Source of the DNA: an uncultured delta proteobacterium
GTDB taxonomy: Bacteria; Desulfobacterota; Syntrophia; Syntrophales; UBA5619
DNA length: 64,000 nt
Assembly (NCBI GenBank): GCA_963817385.1
Contig: CAWFOM010000006.1
Span: forward strand, 32,001 to 96,000
Reading direction: 5' to 3'
Each line of letters starts with the position of its first letter. Position 1 is the first letter of the stretch. Below are positions 1 through 10,209 of the stretch, one piece after another. Under the pieces are notes generated by a model. The model saw only the letters and a list, made by a program, of their open reading frames with translations. It did not search any database and was not told the origin of the DNA. The translations under genes and the position numbers were made by a program.

Positions 1-1178
1 ATGTTGATGTTGTACTTCTTCGAGGTGTTGAGGACCGCGTGGTAGGCCGTGGTCATCTTTTTATCCAGGCGCTTGTACACATCATCCGCGTCCCAGTAGT
101 ACATGTAGAAGTTCTGGACCATCTCGAAGTAGGAGACGGTCACCCCGCCTGCGTTGCAGAGAAAATCGGGGATCACGTGGACGCCGTTCTTGTGGAGGAT
201 CTCATCGGCCTCCGGCGTCGTGGGTCCGTTGGCAAGCTCCGCGACGATCTTCGCCCGGATCCGGGGGGCGTTCTCTTCGGTGATCACATTCTCCAGGGCC
301 GACGGGAAGAGGATATCCACGTCGAGTTCGAGGATTTCCTTGTCGCCGATAGCCTTGGCACCCTTGAAGTTGCATACCGAGGAGGTCTTCGCCTTGTGCT
401 TGCCGACCGCCTCGGCATCGAGGCCGTCTTCACTGAGAATGCAACCCTTCGAATCGCCGACGGCGATGACCTTGGAGCCGAACATCGATTTGGCGAGGCA
501 GGCCGCATAGTACCCGGCGTTGCCATACCCCTGGACGGCGATGGTGGCCTTGGCCAGATCGATCCCCAGTTCCTTCGCCGCCTCGCGGACCGTGTACAGG
601 CCGCCTCTCGCCGTAGCGTCGCCGCGGCCGGCGGAGCCGCCGACGGCGAGGGGCTTCCCGGTGATGACGCCGAACTGGGCCTTTCCCGTCAGTTTCGAAT
701 ATTCATCCATCATCCAGGCCATCATCTGGGGGTTGGTGTAGACGTCCGGCGCCGGGACATCCTTCTCGGGGCCGATGATCCGCCCGACCTGGCCGATGTA
801 GGCCCGGCAGAGCCTCTCCAGTTCGCCCTGGGACATCTCCTTGGGATTGCAGATCACGCCGCCTTTCCCGCCGCCCAGGGGCAGGTCCAGAAGCGAGCAT
901 TTCCAGGTCATCCAGGCGGCCAGCGCCCGGACGGTGTCGATGGTCTCGTCGGGATGGAAGCGAATGCCCCCCTTGCAGGGCCCCTTGGCGTCGTTGTACT
1001 GGACGCGGAATCCCTGAAATACCTTGACCGAGCCGTCATCCATGCGGACCGGGATCGAAACGTGGAGTTCGCGCGAGGGAACTCTCAGCGCGGCCTGCAT
1101 GCCGGGATCGAGATGAAGGATCTTAGCGCATTGATCGAGCTGCTTCTGTGCTGTTGCAAACGGATTAACCTTGGCCAT
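1..1178 (-). CDS. gdhA: Glu/Leu/Phe/Val dehydrogenase, most likely glutamate dehydrogenase (3' end outside window)
   Basis: Manual minus-strand translation from ATG at 1178 (RBS GAGGAGG): [15 protein letters not shown]...[11 protein letters not shown]...MTWKC...GGGKGG...DVPAPDVYT...QGYGNAG...ELANGP...[11 protein letters not shown]. Missing from the ORF track because it runs off the window. Confidence 0.95.
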   Translation of the reverse strand, partial: MAKVNPFATAQKQLDQCAKILHLDPGMQAALRVPSRELHVSIPVRMDDGSVKVFQGFRVQYNDAKGPCKGGIRFHPDETIDTVRALAAWMTWKCSLLDLPLGGGKGGVICNPKEMSQGELERLCRAYIGQVGRIIGPEKDVPAPDVYTNPQMMAWMMDEYSKLTGKAQFGVITGKPLAVGGSAGRGDATARGGLYTVREAAKELGIDLAKATIAVQGYGNAGYYAACLAKSMFGSKVIAVGDSKGCILSEDGLDAEAVGKHKAKTSSVCNFKGAKAIGDKEILELDVDILFPSALENVITEENAPRIRAKIVAELANGPTTPEADEILHKNGVHVIPDFLCNAGGVTVSYFEMVQNFYMYYWDADDVYKRLDKKMTTAYHAVLNTSKKYNIN

Positions 1179-1213
1179 GACATTTTCCTCCTCTTTCTGA
1201 AATAAGTTTGTTG

Positions 1214-1227
1214 TGAAATTGCCTTCC
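1214..1227. promoter_or_regulatory. Candidate NrpR operator upstream of gdhA
   Basis: TGAA-ATTGCC-TTCC (minus strand C-GGAA-GGCAAT-TTCA), one mismatch from the archaeal NrpR operator GGAA-N6-TTCC, in the nrpR-gdhA spacer. Confidence 0.45.
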
Positions 1228-1237
1228 GATTGTCTGT

Positions 1238-2257
1238 TTATTTGTTCTTACAAAGCTCTCCGAAATTCTGCAATTCCTGATACTCCATGAGGGTGGACAT
1301 GGCGCGGTTCTCCACCTCGATGCCCGCCTCACGGGCGCAGGCAACGGGATTGAGTCCCCCGTAGAGGATCATCCCCACCCGGTTCGTGTCGACGGGGATC
1401 TGACAGATCGGCTCCCCGATCTCGCCGATGGAGAGCACCCCCCCGATCCCCGCTTTTGCGAGGCTCGCGATCAGCTCATCGACCAGTTTGAGCGCCGGGA
1501 CGGGAATCTCCCGGAAATTGGCCAGGATCTTCCCCTCTCCCTGCTCCGCCGCCTGCCGGACGGAGGTCATCCCTCCCCGGATGAAGACCTCCGAGGGATC
1601 GAGGGATGAGCCGGAATAGTTGATCACCTCGACGAAACGCAGCGGTTTGCCGTCCTTGACCTGCAGAATGCCGCCGAACCGGGAGTCCATCGGGACGCCG
1701 CTCTTCAGGAGGATGCCGTTCACCACGATGCTGCAGACGGTGGCGAAACCCGTATAGCCCGCCGGAACGGTCAGCTCGCCGATCCGTTCACCCTCGTCGG
1801 CGCAGGCGACCAGTTCGCTTACGTGGAGGCCCCTGCTGAAGGCGGGCTTCATCAGTTCCAGCGCCTTCCTGAAGATCTTCCGGGGGAAGAAGGAGACATT
1901 GACGGGGATGAGTCCCTGCATTCTGTCCAGATCGAGCGAGGTGCGGAAAGCGAGGATTTCGATGCGGGAGATGGCGAAGCCGATCTTGTCATGGACCCGC
2001 GCATTGGCGATCTCTTCGATCCCCTGCTCGGTGATGGTCCGGCCGTCATGCCTGCCGATAAGCCGGGTCAGCCCGCGGTCATCCATCAGCTTGAGGTGGT
2101 AGCGGACCGCCCGCTCGCTGAGCGTCACCCCGTGGTCCTGCATGCGCCGGGAAATGAGGCGGGCCCCCACCGGCTCCGGCGATTCATGGAGAATCCGGAG
2201 GATGAGGAGGATCTTTTTCTCGATATCTTCAATGTTGAAAATCTGATTCATCGGCAT
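1238..2257 (-). CDS. nrpR: NrpR-family nitrogen regulator (wHTH + DUF128/NRD domains)
   Basis: N-terminal wHTH (GARLISRRM...SERAVRYHL...[11 protein letters not shown]) plus NRD motifs [38 protein letters not shown]. Confidence 0.85.
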   Translation of the reverse strand: MPMNQIFNIEDIEKKILLILRILHESPEPVGARLISRRMQDHGVTLSERAVRYHLKLMDDRGLTRLIGRHDGRTITEQGIEEIANARVHDKIGFAISRIEILAFRTSLDLDRMQGLIPVNVSFFPRKIFRKALELMKPAFSRGLHVSELVACADEGERIGELTVPAGYTGFATVCSIVVNGILLKSGVPMDSRFGGILQVKDGKPLRFVEVINYSGSSLDPSEVFIRGGMTSVRQAAEQGEGKILANFREIPVPALKLVDELIASLAKAGIGGVLSIGEIGEPICQIPVDTNRVGMILYGGLNPVACAREAGIEVENRAMSTLMEYQELQNFGELCKNK

Positions 2258-2475
2258 CGGTAATCCTTTGCCGATGCCCTACCATGGAGGAGAGCGTCTG
2301 TCAATAAAAAAATCACATAAATAGTCACGATGGCGGCCGGAGGAAGCGTTAGCGGGAAGAAGGCGATGAGAGATCCCGAGCAGGGGAGAAGGAATAGGCG
2401 AGAGATGCCCGGCGAAACGGTTCCTTGGCCCGAAATGGATCGATACGGTTAGTTTCGGCGATGAAGACGGTGGGG

Positions 2476-2511
2476 AATAAAAGGGCGGCGGTATGGGAAC
2501 GCCGCCGCCCT
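2476..2511 (-). terminator. Rho-independent terminator after the aldolase gene
   Basis: 10-bp stem AGGGCGGCGG/CCGCCGCCCT followed by TTTATT on the minus strand. Confidence 0.7.
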
Positions 2512-2535
2512 CGGTTTTCTCGCGTTATGGGGTTC

Positions 2536-3435
2536 TTAACCCTTCAACTTCGGGAGAAATCCTGTCTGCGTCAGGATCTTCCGGAGCGCTTCCCGGTCCG
2601 CCTCGCCCAGGGGCAGCAGGGGCGGGCGGGGATCTCCGCCGTACAGTCCGATCATCTCCATGGCGGCCTTGAGCCCCGGGATGCCCCACCGGGCCGTGAC
2701 CGCATTGTTGCTGTCGATGAGCGTCATCTGCAGGTCCCGCGCCTCTTTGATCTTCCCTGCATCGAAGAGCTTCTGCAGGCGGGCGCATTCGTTCGGGAAG
2801 ACATTGGCCAGGGCCAGCGTTCCCCCCGTGCCGCCGAGGGCGAGAGTCGCGAAGAGGTAGCTTGCGGAACCCGCGAACACGGAGAAGCCCTTCGGTGCGT
2901 TCCGGATCATGTCGGCGATCTGGACGATGTTGCCGCCGCTGTCCTTGATCCCGATGATGTTCGGGTGCTTCGCCAGCTCGACGGCGAGCTTGGCGGAGAT
3001 GTTGATCCCGGCGTTGCGCGGCATGTTGTAGAGGATGACGGGAAGCGTCGACGCGTCGGCCACATCCCGGTAGAAGCGCGCCAGAACCGGATCGGTCATG
3101 TCCCCCTTGTAGTAGTTCGGGGTGACGACCAGGACCGCATCGGCCCCCGCCTCGGCGGCCTTCTTGTTCAGGCGGATCGTCTCCACCGTGGATTCGGCGC
3201 CGGTCCCCGCGATGACCGGTTTCTTCCCTTTCGCCTGTGCGCAGACAAACCGCATCAGCTCTTCCTTCTCCTTGGGTGAAAGCAGGACGAACTCCCCGTT
3301 GGAGCCCATGACCACGATGCCGGTCAGGTCGGATTTGAGCCAGAATTTCAGATTCTTCTCCAGTTTGTCGTAGGCGATCTTCCCACCCGCGAACGGCGTC
3401 GCGATGGGTGCATAAATTCCGCGAAGTTTAAACAT
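2536..3435 (-). CDS. Dihydrodipicolinate synthase-family aldolase (HOGA/KDG-aldolase-like)
   Basis: GSNGE substrate motif (true DapA has GTTGE), ILYNMP, Schiff-base GIKDSGG. Confidence 0.85.
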   Translation of the reverse strand: MFKLRGIYAPIATPFAGGKIAYDKLEKNLKFWLKSDLTGIVVMGSNGEFVLLSPKEKEELMRFVCAQAKGKKPVIAGTGAESTVETIRLNKKAAEAGADAVLVVTPNYYKGDMTDPVLARFYRDVADASTLPVILYNMPRNAGINISAKLAVELAKHPNIIGIKDSGGNIVQIADMIRNAPKGFSVFAGSASYLFATLALGGTGGTLALANVFPNECARLQKLFDAGKIKEARDLQMTLIDSNNAVTARWGIPGLKAAMEMIGLYGGDPRPPLLPLGEADREALRKILTQTGFLPKLKG

Positions 3436-3537
3436 CGAAGATACCTCCTTTTCCTGATACCTTGTTTGGGTTGAACGGTTACGATATGCAATTTTCCCAT
3501 TTTCCGGGCGGGGACAACCCCCTCCCGTCCCGTAAAC

Positions 3538-4698
3538 CTATATCCGGGTGATGCAGAACAGCTCGTCATGCCCCAAGAGCTCCGCCCGCGCCGGTTCCCC
3601 GGATGCGACGCGGAGGACCTTCGCGAGCAGCTCCCCGCCCACCTCCGCGATGGTCGCGCCCTCCACGATCCGGCCGGCATTGAAATCGAGGTTGAATTTC
3701 ATCCGCTCGAAGGTGGCGCTGTTCCCCGTGATCTTGATGACCGGCACGCCCGGAAAGCCGGTGGGCGTCCCGCGGCCCGTCGTGAAGACGACCGCCTGGC
3801 AGCCGGAGGCGACCAGCCCCGTGACCGCCTCCCCGTCGTGGCCGACGCAGTCCAGCAGATAGAGGCCGGGGCCTGCCGGATATTCGCCGTAGCCCACGAC
3901 GCCGCTGATCGGACCGGTCCCGGCCTTGTATATCCCGCCGAGGGCCTTCTCGGCGACCGTCGTGACCCCGCCGTCCTCGTTTCCCGGCGAGATCAGGGCC
4001 GAGCGGTGCTGCAGCTCAGCGCTCGCCGTGGCGGCGGAGAGCCTCTTTTCCATGGCGCCGATTGTCGTGAGGATCTTTCCGGCCACCTGCGGAGTCTTGC
4101 CCCGGCCGGCGAGGATCTGTTCCGCCCCGATCAGTTCGGTGACCTCGGTGAAGATCGCCCGGCCGCCGGCGTCGACCACCCGGTCGGTGACCCATCCCAA
4201 CGCCGGGTTGGCGGCAAGCCCCGAGGTGGCGTCGGTCCCGCCGCACTTCAATCCCAACGAGAGTTCGGAGAGGGGAAACGCCTCCCGGGGCTGACGTGCG
4301 GCCTCCTCCGCCAGCCGGCCGGCGAAGCGGACCCCCTTTTCGATCGCCCGGAGGGTGTCGCCCTCCTCCTGGATCACCAGCATCTCGACCGGTTTCCCCG
4401 CGGCGGCGATGCTCTCCGCCAGCTCCCGGGCCCGGAGGCGCTCACAGCCCAAGCCCACGACGACCACCCCGGAAAAGTTGGGGTGCGCCCCCAGCCCTTT
4501 CAGACCGCGGGCGGTAAGTTCCAGATCCAGCCCGACCTGGCTGCAGCCGACCGGGTGACAAAAGGCGATCGCACCGGCGACGTGTTCGGCGATCCGGCGG
4601 GCGACGGTATTGGCGCAAAAGACCGAGGGAATGACGGCGACCGCGTTCCGGACGCCCGGCAATCCCCGAGATCTGCGATATCCCTGAAAGGTCATCAT
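3538..4698 (-). CDS. UxaA/GarD/SuyB-family dehydratase, large subunit
   Basis: Motifs GVRN, HPVGC, VGLGCE, LKCGGTD, SGLAANP, GN.DGGVTTVAEKALG, FTTGRGTP. Confidence 0.9.
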   Translation of the reverse strand: MMTFQGYRRSRGLPGVRNAVAVIPSVFCANTVARRIAEHVAGAIAFCHPVGCSQVGLDLELTARGLKGLGAHPNFSGVVVVGLGCERLRARELAESIAAAGKPVEMLVIQEEGDTLRAIEKGVRFAGRLAEEAARQPREAFPLSELSLGLKCGGTDATSGLAANPALGWVTDRVVDAGGRAIFTEVTELIGAEQILAGRGKTPQVAGKILTTIGAMEKRLSAATASAELQHRSALISPGNEDGGVTTVAEKALGGIYKAGTGPISGVVGYGEYPAGPGLYLLDCVGHDGEAVTGLVASGCQAVVFTTGRGTPTGFPGVPVIKITGNSATFERMKFNLDFNAGRIVEGATIAEVGGELLAKVLRVASGEPARAELLGHDELFCITRI

Positions 4699-4710
4699 AG
4701 ATTATTCCCG

Positions 4711-4998
4711 CTACCCCTGATTTTGATGGCCGCGCCGGCAGGTGACGTTGTGGAGGTGGACCCAGTCGCCGGCTTCGATCGCCGCTCCGGCCCTCCCGAT
4801 CTCTTCACCGTACTTGACGATCGGCTGATCGACGGTAAGACTCGCGAGGGCGATCTTGTGGCCCGAGGCGATGTCGCAGCGGGCGGTGAGCGAGCTCACG
4901 CCCGTCTCGGTGCGCACCTCCACCGTTTCCCCTTTCCTGACATCGGCCAAGAGCACCGCGCAGTTGTCGCGGTCGTTGATTTTTAGCGCCCGAACCAC
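4711..4998 (-). CDS. UxaA/SuyA-type SAF-domain small subunit
   Basis: DNCAVLL...GHKIAL...IVKYGEEIG...GDWVHLHN, the SAF module of altronate dehydratases. Confidence 0.9.
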   Translation of the reverse strand: MVRALKINDRDNCAVLLADVRKGETVEVRTETGVSSLTARCDIASGHKIALASLTVDQPIVKYGEEIGRAGAAIEAGDWVHLHNVTCRRGHQNQG

Positions 4999-5005
4999 GG
5001 TTTAC

Positions 5006-6263
5006 TTACTCCTTTTCCCAGGGTATTAAAAGGCCCTTTTCATCGAATGCCCAGTCGACGTCGGAGAGCGGCTCGAGGGGAGCCTCTGTGCCGCACCGGG
5101 CGAGCGCCGCCGGTGAGAGGGCGATATACTCAAGTTCGTTTGTATTTCTGATCCAGGCGACCTTAAGCTGATCTTCCCGGACAAGCGGAATGGAATCGGC
5201 GCCCGTTTGGATCGTTTCCCGGTCGGTGCCGCCGATGATCGGGATCATCCCCCGCTGGAGATAGGTGGAGGTGAGGATGTTCGTGTAGGTTTTCTGCAGA
5301 TCGATATCCCGGAAGAGCCTCTGCGTGATCAGATCCGCAAGACCGACGCCCTGGGCGTTGCCGTGGGAGGAGGGATCGAGCCCCAGGACTGCAATCCGCT
5401 GAATCCGGGGGGCTTCCGGTTCCGGCTCGCCCCAGATGCGCCAGCGCCCGATCACGTGGGGATCCATGCCCGTGCCGCTGTGGCGCTTTCCCATCTCCTC
5501 GATAACGAGAAGATCGAGTTCCGAAAGGGGCAGTTTCGCCATCAGGCGCAAGGCCTCCGTGAGGAGCCTCGCGTCGGCTGCGGGGAAGTCCTCCGGCCGG
5601 ACCAGCTCCAGCCTCGCCACCTCGCCATAGGCGTTCTCGACGATGCCGACCCCGGCCAGGACCGGCGCCCGGCGGGCCAGCGTGGACGCCACCTCCCGGA
5701 TGATCTGTTCCCATGCGGGAAGGCCCATAGTGGTGGAGACGGCAGGCCTGTTCCACCTTGCCTAGTCCCACCGTGCACATCTTGCAGAGGCCGCTCTGGA
5801 TGGGTCCGGTGACCGCCGTGTGCGCCTTGATCCGATTGATGACGAGGATGTGATCGGCCCGCGCGGCGTTCCGGTCGCACAGAACGGGAAAGCCGTCCGC
5901 CAGCTCGCCGACCTGGTCTACCTCCATCCCGACCGTCACCGGGCAGCCGAGCTGTTCTTCCGTCATCCCCAGGGAGGTCAGGAGTTCCTTCTGCCCCTCG
6001 GCCGTGGCGCCTCCGTGGCTGCCCATCGCGTTGACTACGAAGGGCCGGGCGCCGAGCCCCGCGAGTACCGAGACAACGGCCCGGGTAAGCGGGACGATGG
6101 CGGCGATGCCGCGGCTTCCGCCGGTGATGGCGACCGTTTGCCCCGGCCGGATCTTCTCCGGGATCCAACTCGCATTCATGAGCGATGTCAGGGTTTCTGC
6201 GGGCGCCGTGACCGTCTCGCGGGGAAAGGTCTGCCGGCAGAGCGTCATCTTCGGTAATGACAT
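5006..6263 (-). CDS. LarA-like (lactate racemase domain, nickel-pincer-type) isomerase; frameshift near 5711
   Basis: N-half (GSRGI, AMGSHGG, INRIKAHT, SGLCKM..GLGK) and C-half (GK..SGTGMDPHVIGR, HGNAQGVG.AD, IRNT) join into one protein if one G is removed from ATGGGAA. Confidence 0.8.
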
Positions 6264-6562
6264 CCTCAGCCCTCCAGAACGGCGCCTTTATCTGCCTGCG
6301 CCGGAAAAACCGTTTTCTCCATTCTCTTTTCCCTATCTTCCTTTCCGGCTCTTTTGAATCCGGATGCCGGTATGCATTATCCGTCAAAATCAAGTCTTCG
6401 TATCCGAGCCCCGACCCGTTGTCAAGGTATTTTCATGAACGGGAAACGGGTCCGGGAGATATGTCGGGGGGCAGACAGATCGGTCTTTCGGGAAGGAAAA
6501 AGCGATCATGCAGGGATCTGCAAGATCCGGATCGCGATGCGACTGATGAGCAATTGAATATA

Positions 6563-8900
6563 TCAAAGCGCGATCGCCGTTCTCAGGCACACCGGCGCGA
6601 GACCGGAATGGTCTTCCAGAACTACGCCCTTTGGTCTGAGGGCGAGGAAGATCCCGAAACTGGAGATCGCCGAACGGATCGGTCGGATCATCAAAAGCGT
6701 CCAGTGCCGCGGGGTAAGCGAGCAAAAACGGGATGGTTTGTTCCTCTGAAGGATCGAAGATTCTCCGCAGCTTGCTGCGGAGATCTTCATGCCGTTTGAA
6801 ATGCGCAGGGATGACCCCAGCGTCACCATATCGAGGAGAACGTTGACGCTCTCGTTCACGAAGGGAGCATACTGGTCCCGCGCTTTCTTCTTAAGCTCGG
6901 CAGGCGTCTCCTTCTTCTTGCCGCCGCTTTCCTTCTCCATCTCCTTGCGTAAGTCGGCGAGCCGGATAACGCCCTTCTTGCCGGCGGCCTCTTTGTTGTT
7001 CTTGATGATCTCGGCGAACTTCGCGTCTTTGGCGACCCGGGCCTTGGACCTTGCTGCCAGCTCCGCGAGCATGGGCTGCTCCAGAGGTTTCCAGAGCGGC
7101 GCGGCGTTTCCCGGCACGCCGAGGAAGGGCGTGATCGCTTGGACCGGAAGCGGGTAATCCAGCTCCGTTTCACCAATATCTTCGAGAATGAACCAGATAG
7201 GCAGCCGCACATCCGCTTCTACGCCCATCTTCTGCGTAGACTTGCCGCCGGGCAGGAAGTACAGCCCCGTGGTGACTTTCATGCCGCCCAGATCCCAGGG
7301 CAGAGGCGTCAGTTCCTGCACGGACCCCTTGCCGAAGGTATGGTCCGACCCGACGATCACAGCGCGATGGTAGTCTTTGAGAGCGCCCGCCACGATCTCG
7401 CTGGCCGATGCGCTCAGGCGGCTCGTCAGCACAACGAGGGGGCCCGTGTAGAGCGCGCGGGGATCTTCCGCGGGGAACGTAATCACGTTGCGCTTGTCGC
7501 CTTCCGTCCCCGATGCGGCCGAACCATTGGCGAGAATAGTCACCTGCTCGCGGCTGTCTTTGGTCGCCACGATTCCGCCCTTGCCAAGAAAAAGGCCGGC
7601 AAGGCGCACCGCCTCCTTGAGCAGGCCCCCCCCGTTGCGCGACAGGTCCAGCACGATCCCATCGACATGCTGCCGCCTGGCCTCCGCGAGAAGGCTTTTC
7701 ACGTCTTCATAGCAGGACTTATTTTCCTTCTCGTCGCCGTAGAAGGAAGGAAGATCGATCACGCCGAAATGGTACTGTCTGCCGTTCACTGTCCGTGTCT
7801 CGTAGGCGATCTTGGCCTCCTGCTCCTTGATGTCGATCTTGTCGCGCGTAATAGTGACGTCGAAGCGGTCCGTGTGTTCCGCCTGCCGCAGGATTGTCAG
7901 GGTTACCTGCGTGCCTTTCTTGCCGCGGATCATCTTGATAATGTCGCGCAGGTCCATGTCGATGACGTCAACGGGCTTTTCCCCTTCCTGGGCCACGGCG
8001 ATGATCTTGTCCTTCGGCTTCAGCAGGCCCGAGCGCTCGGCGCCTCCCCCGGGAATCAACTCCTCAATGACGGTAAAGCCGTTGTCGCTGCTGAGGACGG
8101 CCCCGATCCCCTCCAGGGAAAGCTGCATCTGAATCCGGAGGTCCTCAAGGTTTTCGGGGGACAGGTAGCTCGTGTGCGGATCCAGGGCCAGGGCGAAGGC
8201 CTCGGCGATGCTCGTAATGAGCTTTTCGGGATTGCGCTCGACCACCCGCATCGTCTGCAGCTCGTAGCGGTGAATCTGCTGCTTCTTGGCCTCCGCCAAG
8301 TCGATGCCTGCCAGCAGGGCGTTTTCGATCTGGAATTGCACGACCTTTCTCAGGAGTTCATGCTTTTCCGCCGTCGTCTTCACATAGGGGCGCTTGTTCA
8401 CGTTGATGTTCAGCTCCACCGTCTCGTCGAGTCGGTAGTCCGGCCCCAGAATCTTTTTGACAATGGCCTCGTTCTCCCGCGCCCGCGCGACGAGCACATC
8501 GTAAACCTGCTGCAGCGCGGCACAGTCGCCCGATTGCATGCTTGCAAACACGCCTTGCAGAACCGGCTTTAGCCTTTCCAAATCGGACTCGTACAGCAGC
8601 GTTTTGGAGGGGTCAAGACTCTTGATCATCTGGTCGACGGCGTGAGTCTTGATCTCCCCGGTCATATTCTTCATCGCGTAGTGATTGGCTAGGAAGCTTT
8701 TCCATCAGCATGGGCAGGCGGCTGCAGGTAAGGTTTTCGGCCACTGAGGAAACGGGCAACAGCAGGATCAGCAGCAGAATCAGAAGCAGCCTCCGGAAAC
8801 AGAACCCGCCCTTGCTGCCGAAGGCCGCTCTGCGGCTACGTTGATTATCCCCGGGGGTGTTTCCGGAGATGTTTTCGACTCTTCTATCGCACATGCTCAT
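6563..8900 (-). CDS. prc: Carboxy-terminal processing protease (S41, Prc/Tsp); frameshift near 8700; C-terminus runs into a repeat element
   Basis: LDPHTSY, LEGIGAVL (PDZ), DLSRNGGG, SASASEI, TFGKGSVQ, STQKMGV. The signal peptide (RRLLLILLLILLLPVSSVA) is in the upstream frame and joins by removing one A (MESFLANHYAMKNM). Confidence 0.9.
6575..6636 (+). pseudogene. Short fragment of a MalK/PotA-type ABC ATPase
   Basis: Plus-strand peptide AHRRETGMVFQNYALW matches the Q-loop region (R.xGMVFQNYAL) with no Walker A or B around it. Confidence 0.55.
6700..6790. mobile_element. Truncated non-autonomous palindromic element (IS200/IS605-end-like), copy 1
   Basis: Hairpin GAAGATTCTCCGCAGCTTGCTGCGGAGATCTTC (6756-6788), 30/33 identical to 50228-50260, plus a partial second hairpin CCGCGGGGTAAGCGAGC. 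Confidence 0.6.
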
Positions 8901-9548
8901 GCTCTCTGTTCTTCCCGCCGTACCAGGGCACGGCTGTCCATCCTTTTGCTCTGTATGAGAAATCATAGGGTTGTGACGATAGAAGGGCGGAGGGGTTCTG
9001 TCAAGGGAAATGAAAAATTGCAGGCGGTTGGAGTCAAGTTTTCAAATACAAAGTGAGAGGCGGCGTTCCACACAGCTTATTGAATATGGGGTTGAAAGAG
9101 GCAATGCCTTGCCAGACAATCGCGTACTCATAGGCGGAACACCCTCCTTCCTCCACAACCACCCGTTTCGCACTCGCTTACGAGATTACGATTGGTAATA
9201 ATCATCTGTTAGAGGTTATTTTATATTTGGAAAAGTGTCGAATTGTTTTACAATTTGTTAAATATGCATAATACGAAATGATTATATATGGATAAGTAAA
9301 ATATGATGACCATACAGCACGATGCTGCCATCCACTGTCGAATATCTTTACGATGCAAAAAAGGTCATATGCATTGCCGCAGATGTTTATACCTACCAAC
9401 ATCTTACGATTTAATCCTCATGGGCTTCTTTCTGGAAATGCATTAAGTTTAAAATGAATTCGGTCAAAGAGCTTTGAGGAAACTGGCGGATGCGCGTAGT
9501 AGATAGACCGCACATCCTCATGGTTTCGGTCACACGGAACAGGTAAGC

Positions 9549-10004
9549 ATGGAGGTAAGCATCATGGCAGAGAAAACTTTGTACGAACGCCTGGGTGGGG
9601 TCTTCGCGATTGCCGCTGTAGTGAACCATTTCAGCGATGAAATTGTGAAGAACCCGAAAGTCGGCAGGACATCACCAAACCCCGCACTCAGGGAATGGCA
9701 TACCAAGCAGGTGGACGGTAGATTGCCCGGCCTTAAGTTCATGCGTACCCTGTGGGTCTGCGCGGCGGCAGGCGGACCATTTGTATACCAGGGCACCAAG
9801 CCGGGACAGACCCCACTGGGGCTGGAAAAAGCCCACTTTGATCTTCACATCTCACCAGAGGAATTTGATGAGGTCGCGGCTGAGCTGGCGCGTACCCTTG
9901 ATTACTTCCATGTGCCTTCGCGAGAAAAGAGCGAAGTTCTGGGCGCCTTCGCCGCACATAAGAGCGAGGTTAATGCGGGATTCGGCGCCCCCGCGAAGCG
10001 CTGA
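9549..10004 (+). CDS. Group I truncated hemoglobin (2/2 globin)
   Basis: TLYERLGG..AIAAVV..F, GGP..Y.G, proximal His in LEKAHFDLHI, EEFD; likely start MAEKTLY. Confidence 0.85.
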   Translation: MEVSIMAEKTLYERLGGVFAIAAVVNHFSDEIVKNPKVGRTSPNPALREWHTKQVDGRLPGLKFMRTLWVCAAAGGPFVYQGTKPGQTPLGLEKAHFDLHISPEEFDEVAAELARTLDYFHVPSREKSEVLGAFAAHKSEVNAGFGAPAKR

Positions 10005-10209
10005 ATAGTGAAATTTCGTTACTCCCGCTGCCCCGGTTTGTCTTTACGGAGTAGGCTCATCTTTCTCAAACGTGATGCGGCCGATGCCCACCGCGCCGCC
10101 CATCGTATCCGAATGGATTAACGGGAGATTTCGGAAAAATACGCCAGCGAGCAAATCACTGGGTACCGTGCAGCATGCACACGGGGAGAGTCGGTGAAGA
10201 GGAGGGAGT

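Noticed and set aside
39..1205. Long antisense ORF over gdhA, and similar long shadow ORFs over the dcw genes, prc and UPF0182
   Set aside because: Expected from high GC3 codon bias; no recognisable domains or RBS.
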